64,000 nucleotides of DNA from Octopus sinensis (Eukaryota), in assembly GCF_006345805.1 (NCBI RefSeq), contig NC_043013.1, positions 57,536,001-57,600,000 of the forward strand. Reading direction: 5' to 3'. Positions 60,552 to 64,000 of the stretch are shown piece after piece (within the stretch, counting starts at the first letter, position 1; each line of letters starts with the position of its first letter). The position numbers and the translations under genes were made by a program. A model generated the notes under the pieces. That model did not search any database, was not told where the DNA came from, and saw nothing but the letters and a program-made list of their open reading frames with translations.

Positions 60552-63527
60552 GTTTTGTAACTATTGTACTTTTTGTACATGTATTTTTATTTTGGCAGTT
60601 TTATTGTTTGTCTATGCCAGAAAAAAGGCTTTTTCGTTCGTCCTCTTGTGTTGTTTTTGTACATGTATTTTAATTTTGCAGTCTTATTGTTACGTCTTGT
60701 TTGTGTTCGTACTCATTGTGCCCCGCTGCTTGAAATTTTATTTTAATTCTCTCGCAGGAAGGCCTATTGGATTAGTGTTCTGTAGGCCTTCGAAACATGC
60801 CTGACTCCTCTAGCGACAGTGATGACGGGGGTTTTGTCCTTGTGTAACCTGTCCTGTATTTGTTTTTCGTTTTCCGTTTTCTTGGTTTTTGTTTTTGGCT
60901 TTTCTGTTTCTACGCTTATTAGTATTGGATGTCCTGTACTTCCGTATAATTATTTATATATGCATGTATATCTACATGTAGATGTAGGTACGTACATATA
61001 TGTTTGTATTATGCATATATTTTTTGTATTTATCTCCTTATGTCTGACAGCGCCCCGCATCAGGTTCGTTCCGATTCGTCGTTTCGATCCACTTCTTGGT
61101 CCCCTTTTTTTATATTAATATTATTATATTGAAGATGCGGTACTCTCTCCTTTGCTTTAACCTCTTCAATCTTTCTCCCTCCCCCTCCTCTCTCTCTTCG
61201 CCGCGTGTCCCCCTCCTCCTTCCTGTTCCTGCCTATAAAACAAAATTCCTTACACGTGGTTACCACTATTGAAAAGACTGCCTCCACGCGCTGCTACTAC
61301 ACTTTCGTCCTTGCCAGCAAAAGGCTTCTTCGTTCGTCCCCTTGTGTGGTTAATTTCCTGTATAGTATTCTTGTTATTTTCTCGTTTTGTAACTAATTGT
61401 ACTTTTTGTACATGTATTTTTATTTTTGCAGTTTATTGTTTGTCTATGCCAGAAAAAAGGGCTTTTCGTTCGTCCTCTTGTGTTTGTTTTGTACATGTAT
61501 TTTAATTTTGCAGTCTTATTGTTACGTCTTGTTTGTGTTCGTACTCATGTGCCCCGCTGCTTGAAATTTTATTTTAATTCTCTCGCAGGAAGCCTATGGA
61601 TTAGTGTTCTGTTATGCCTTCGAAACATGCCTGACTCCTCTAGCGACAGCTGATGACGGGGGTTTTGTCCTTGTGTAACCTGTCCTGTATTTGTTTTTGT
61701 TTTCCGTTTTCTTTGTTTTTTGTTTTTTGGCTTTTCTGTTTCTACGTCTTATTGTGATGTCCTGTACTTCCGTATAATTATTTATATATGCATGTATATA
61801 TACATGTAGATGTAGGTACGTACATATATGTTTGTATGTATGCATATATTTTTATTTATCTCCTTATTGTCTGACAGCGCCCCGCATCAGGTTCGTTCCG
61901 ATTCGTCGTTTCGATCCACTCTTGGTCCCCTTTTTTTATATTAATATTATTATATTGAAGATGCGGTACTCTCTCCCTTTGCTTTAACCTCTTCAATCTT
62001 TCTCCCTCCCCCTCCTCCTCTCTCTTCGCCGCGTGTCCCCCTCCTCCTTCCCGTTCCCTTGCCTATAAAACAAAATTCCTTTACACGTGGTTACCACTAT
62101 TGAAAAGACTGCCTCCACGCGCTGCACTACACTACACTTTCGTCCTTGCCACAAAAAGGCTTCTTCGTTCGTCCCCTGGTGTGGTTAATTTCCTGTATAG
62201 TATTCTTGTTATTTTCTCGTTTTGTAACTAATGTACTTTTTGTACATGTATTTTTATTTTGCAGTTTATTGTTTGTCTATGCCAGAAAAAAGGCTTTTTC
62301 GTTCGTCCTCTTGTGTTTTTTTTGTACATGTATTTTAATTTTGCAGTCTTATTGTTACGTCTTGTTTGTGTTCGTACTCATGTGCCCCGCTGCTTGAAAT
62401 TTTATTTTAATTCTCTCGCAGGAAGGCCTATTGGATTAGTGTTCTGTTATGCCTTCGAAACATGCCTGACTCCTCTAGCGACAGCTGATGACGGGGGTTT
62501 TGTCCTTGTGTAACCTGTCCTGTATTTGTTTTTCGTTTTCCGTTTTCTTTGTTTTTTTTTTTTGGCTTTTCTGTTTCTACGTCTTATTGTGATGTCCTGT
62601 ACTTCCGTATAATTATTTATAATGCATGTATATACATGTAGATGTAGGTACGTACATATATGTTTGTATGTATGCATATATTTTTATTTATCTCCTTATT
62701 TCTGACAGCGCCCCGCATCAGGTTCGTTCCGATTCGTCGTTTCGATCCACTTCTTGGTCCCCTTTTTTTATATATTAATATTATTATATTGAAGATGCGG
62801 TACTCTCTCTCCTTTGCTTTAACCTCTTCAATCTTTCTCCCTCCCCCTCCTCCTCTCTCTTCGCCGCGTGTCCCCCTCCTCCTTCCTGTTCCTTGCCTAT
62901 AAAACAAAATTCCTTTACACGTGGTTACACTATTGAAAAGACTGCCTCCACGCGCTGCTACTACACTTTCGTCCTTGCCAGCAAAAGGCTTCTTCGTTCG
63001 TCCCCTTGTGTGGTTAATTTCCTGTATAGTATTCTTGTTATTTTCTCGTTTTGTAACTAATTGTACTTTTTGTACATGTATTTTTATTTTTGCAGTTTAT
63101 TGTTTGTCTTGCCAGAAAAAAGGCTTTTTCGTTCGTCCTCTTGTGTTGTTTTTGTACATGTATTTTAATTTTGCAGTCTTATTGTTACGTCTTGTTTGTG
63201 TTCGTACTCATTGTGCCCCGCTGCTTGAAATTTTATTTTATTCTCTCGCAGGAAGGCCTATTGGATTAGTGTTCTGTTATGCCTTCGAAACATGCCTGAC
63301 TCCTCTAGCGACAGCTGATGACGGGGGTGGTTTGTCCTTGTGTAACCTGTCCTGTATTTGTTTTTCGTTTTCCGTTTTCTTGTTTTTTGTTTTTGGCTTT
63401 TCTGTTTCTACGTCTTATTGTGATTCCTGTACTTCCGTATAATTATTTATATGCATGTATATATACAGTAGATGTAGGTACGTATAATATGTTTGTATGT
63501 ATGCATATATTTTATTTTTATTTATCT
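60546..63527. repeat. Tandem array of about 830-bp units (about 3.6 copies), bounded by (TA)n
   Basis: ctcgttttgtaacta recurs at about 60549, 61381, 62217 and 63046. Each unit has an internal duplicated subrepeat (aaaaggc..ttcgttcgtcc). Confidence 0.95.
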
Positions 63528-64000
63528 CCTATATATATATCTATATATAATGTGTGTGTGGTGTGTGTGTGTGGTTTATATACAGAAATAGAAGGGAAAC
63601 ACGAGTATGTATATATCTATAGAATTTTCTATTGTAATTAAAGAACAGAAAGTTAGAAAATGATTCAAGAAAAGCATTTCATTTATTTAACACGAAATTT
63701 ATTTAACCGTAAATTAATTATGTAAATTACATACCAGGAAGGAAAGATAATTGTCCTGACTTTATTATTTATTTCGTTTTTAATTGAACTCGATTTATTT
63801 ACAAGCGTATTCCGAAAGCGAAAATGCTTTTACTTCAGAAATTGAGCCTCATATATCTTGTATATATATTAGTATTAATACAGCTGACATTAAGCATCGT
63901 GCTCCACCTCGTCACCACACTAAGCACAAATAAACATACTCCACTAGCCAAATATATCACAAGTATTTAGAAGTAAACCATCAACCAACACTGCACATAT

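Noticed and set aside
61595-61680. Intact hammerhead in the 830-bp unit (GAAACATG ... CTGATGA)
   Set aside because: In type I order the core reads CGCAGGA and U16.1 is C. In the permuted order helices I and II do not pair properly. Kept only as a decayed or atypical candidate.

Overview
AT-rich, microsatellite-dense animal genomic DNA with no host gene I can recognise. The SINE families and repeat landscape suggest an octopod cephalopod (inference). The window consists almost entirely of mobile-element debris: tRNA-derived SINEs of at least four families, RTE-clade LINE fragments, mariner, Tigger and maT DNA transposons, Helitron pieces, Penelope-like (PLE) remnants, and one near full-length R4/Dong-clade retrotransposon (44780-49053, minus strand) sitting inside a (TAA)n microsatellite. 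The main unexpected signal is RNA structure. A tandem array of about 360-bp units (39197-41076) carries in each of five complete units a fully foldable type I hammerhead ribozyme. Its core is the rare covariant U3-A8 form (UUGAAAA instead of CUGANGA) with a minimal palindromic helix III, which fits a retrozyme-like or PLE-derived self-cleaving, possibly circular, RNA. At least seven further hammerhead-like motifs occur in dispersed elements, several of them in long inverted-repeat (foldback) structures. Most ORFs in the supplied track are microsatellite artefacts. All folds and protein alignments were done by eye.
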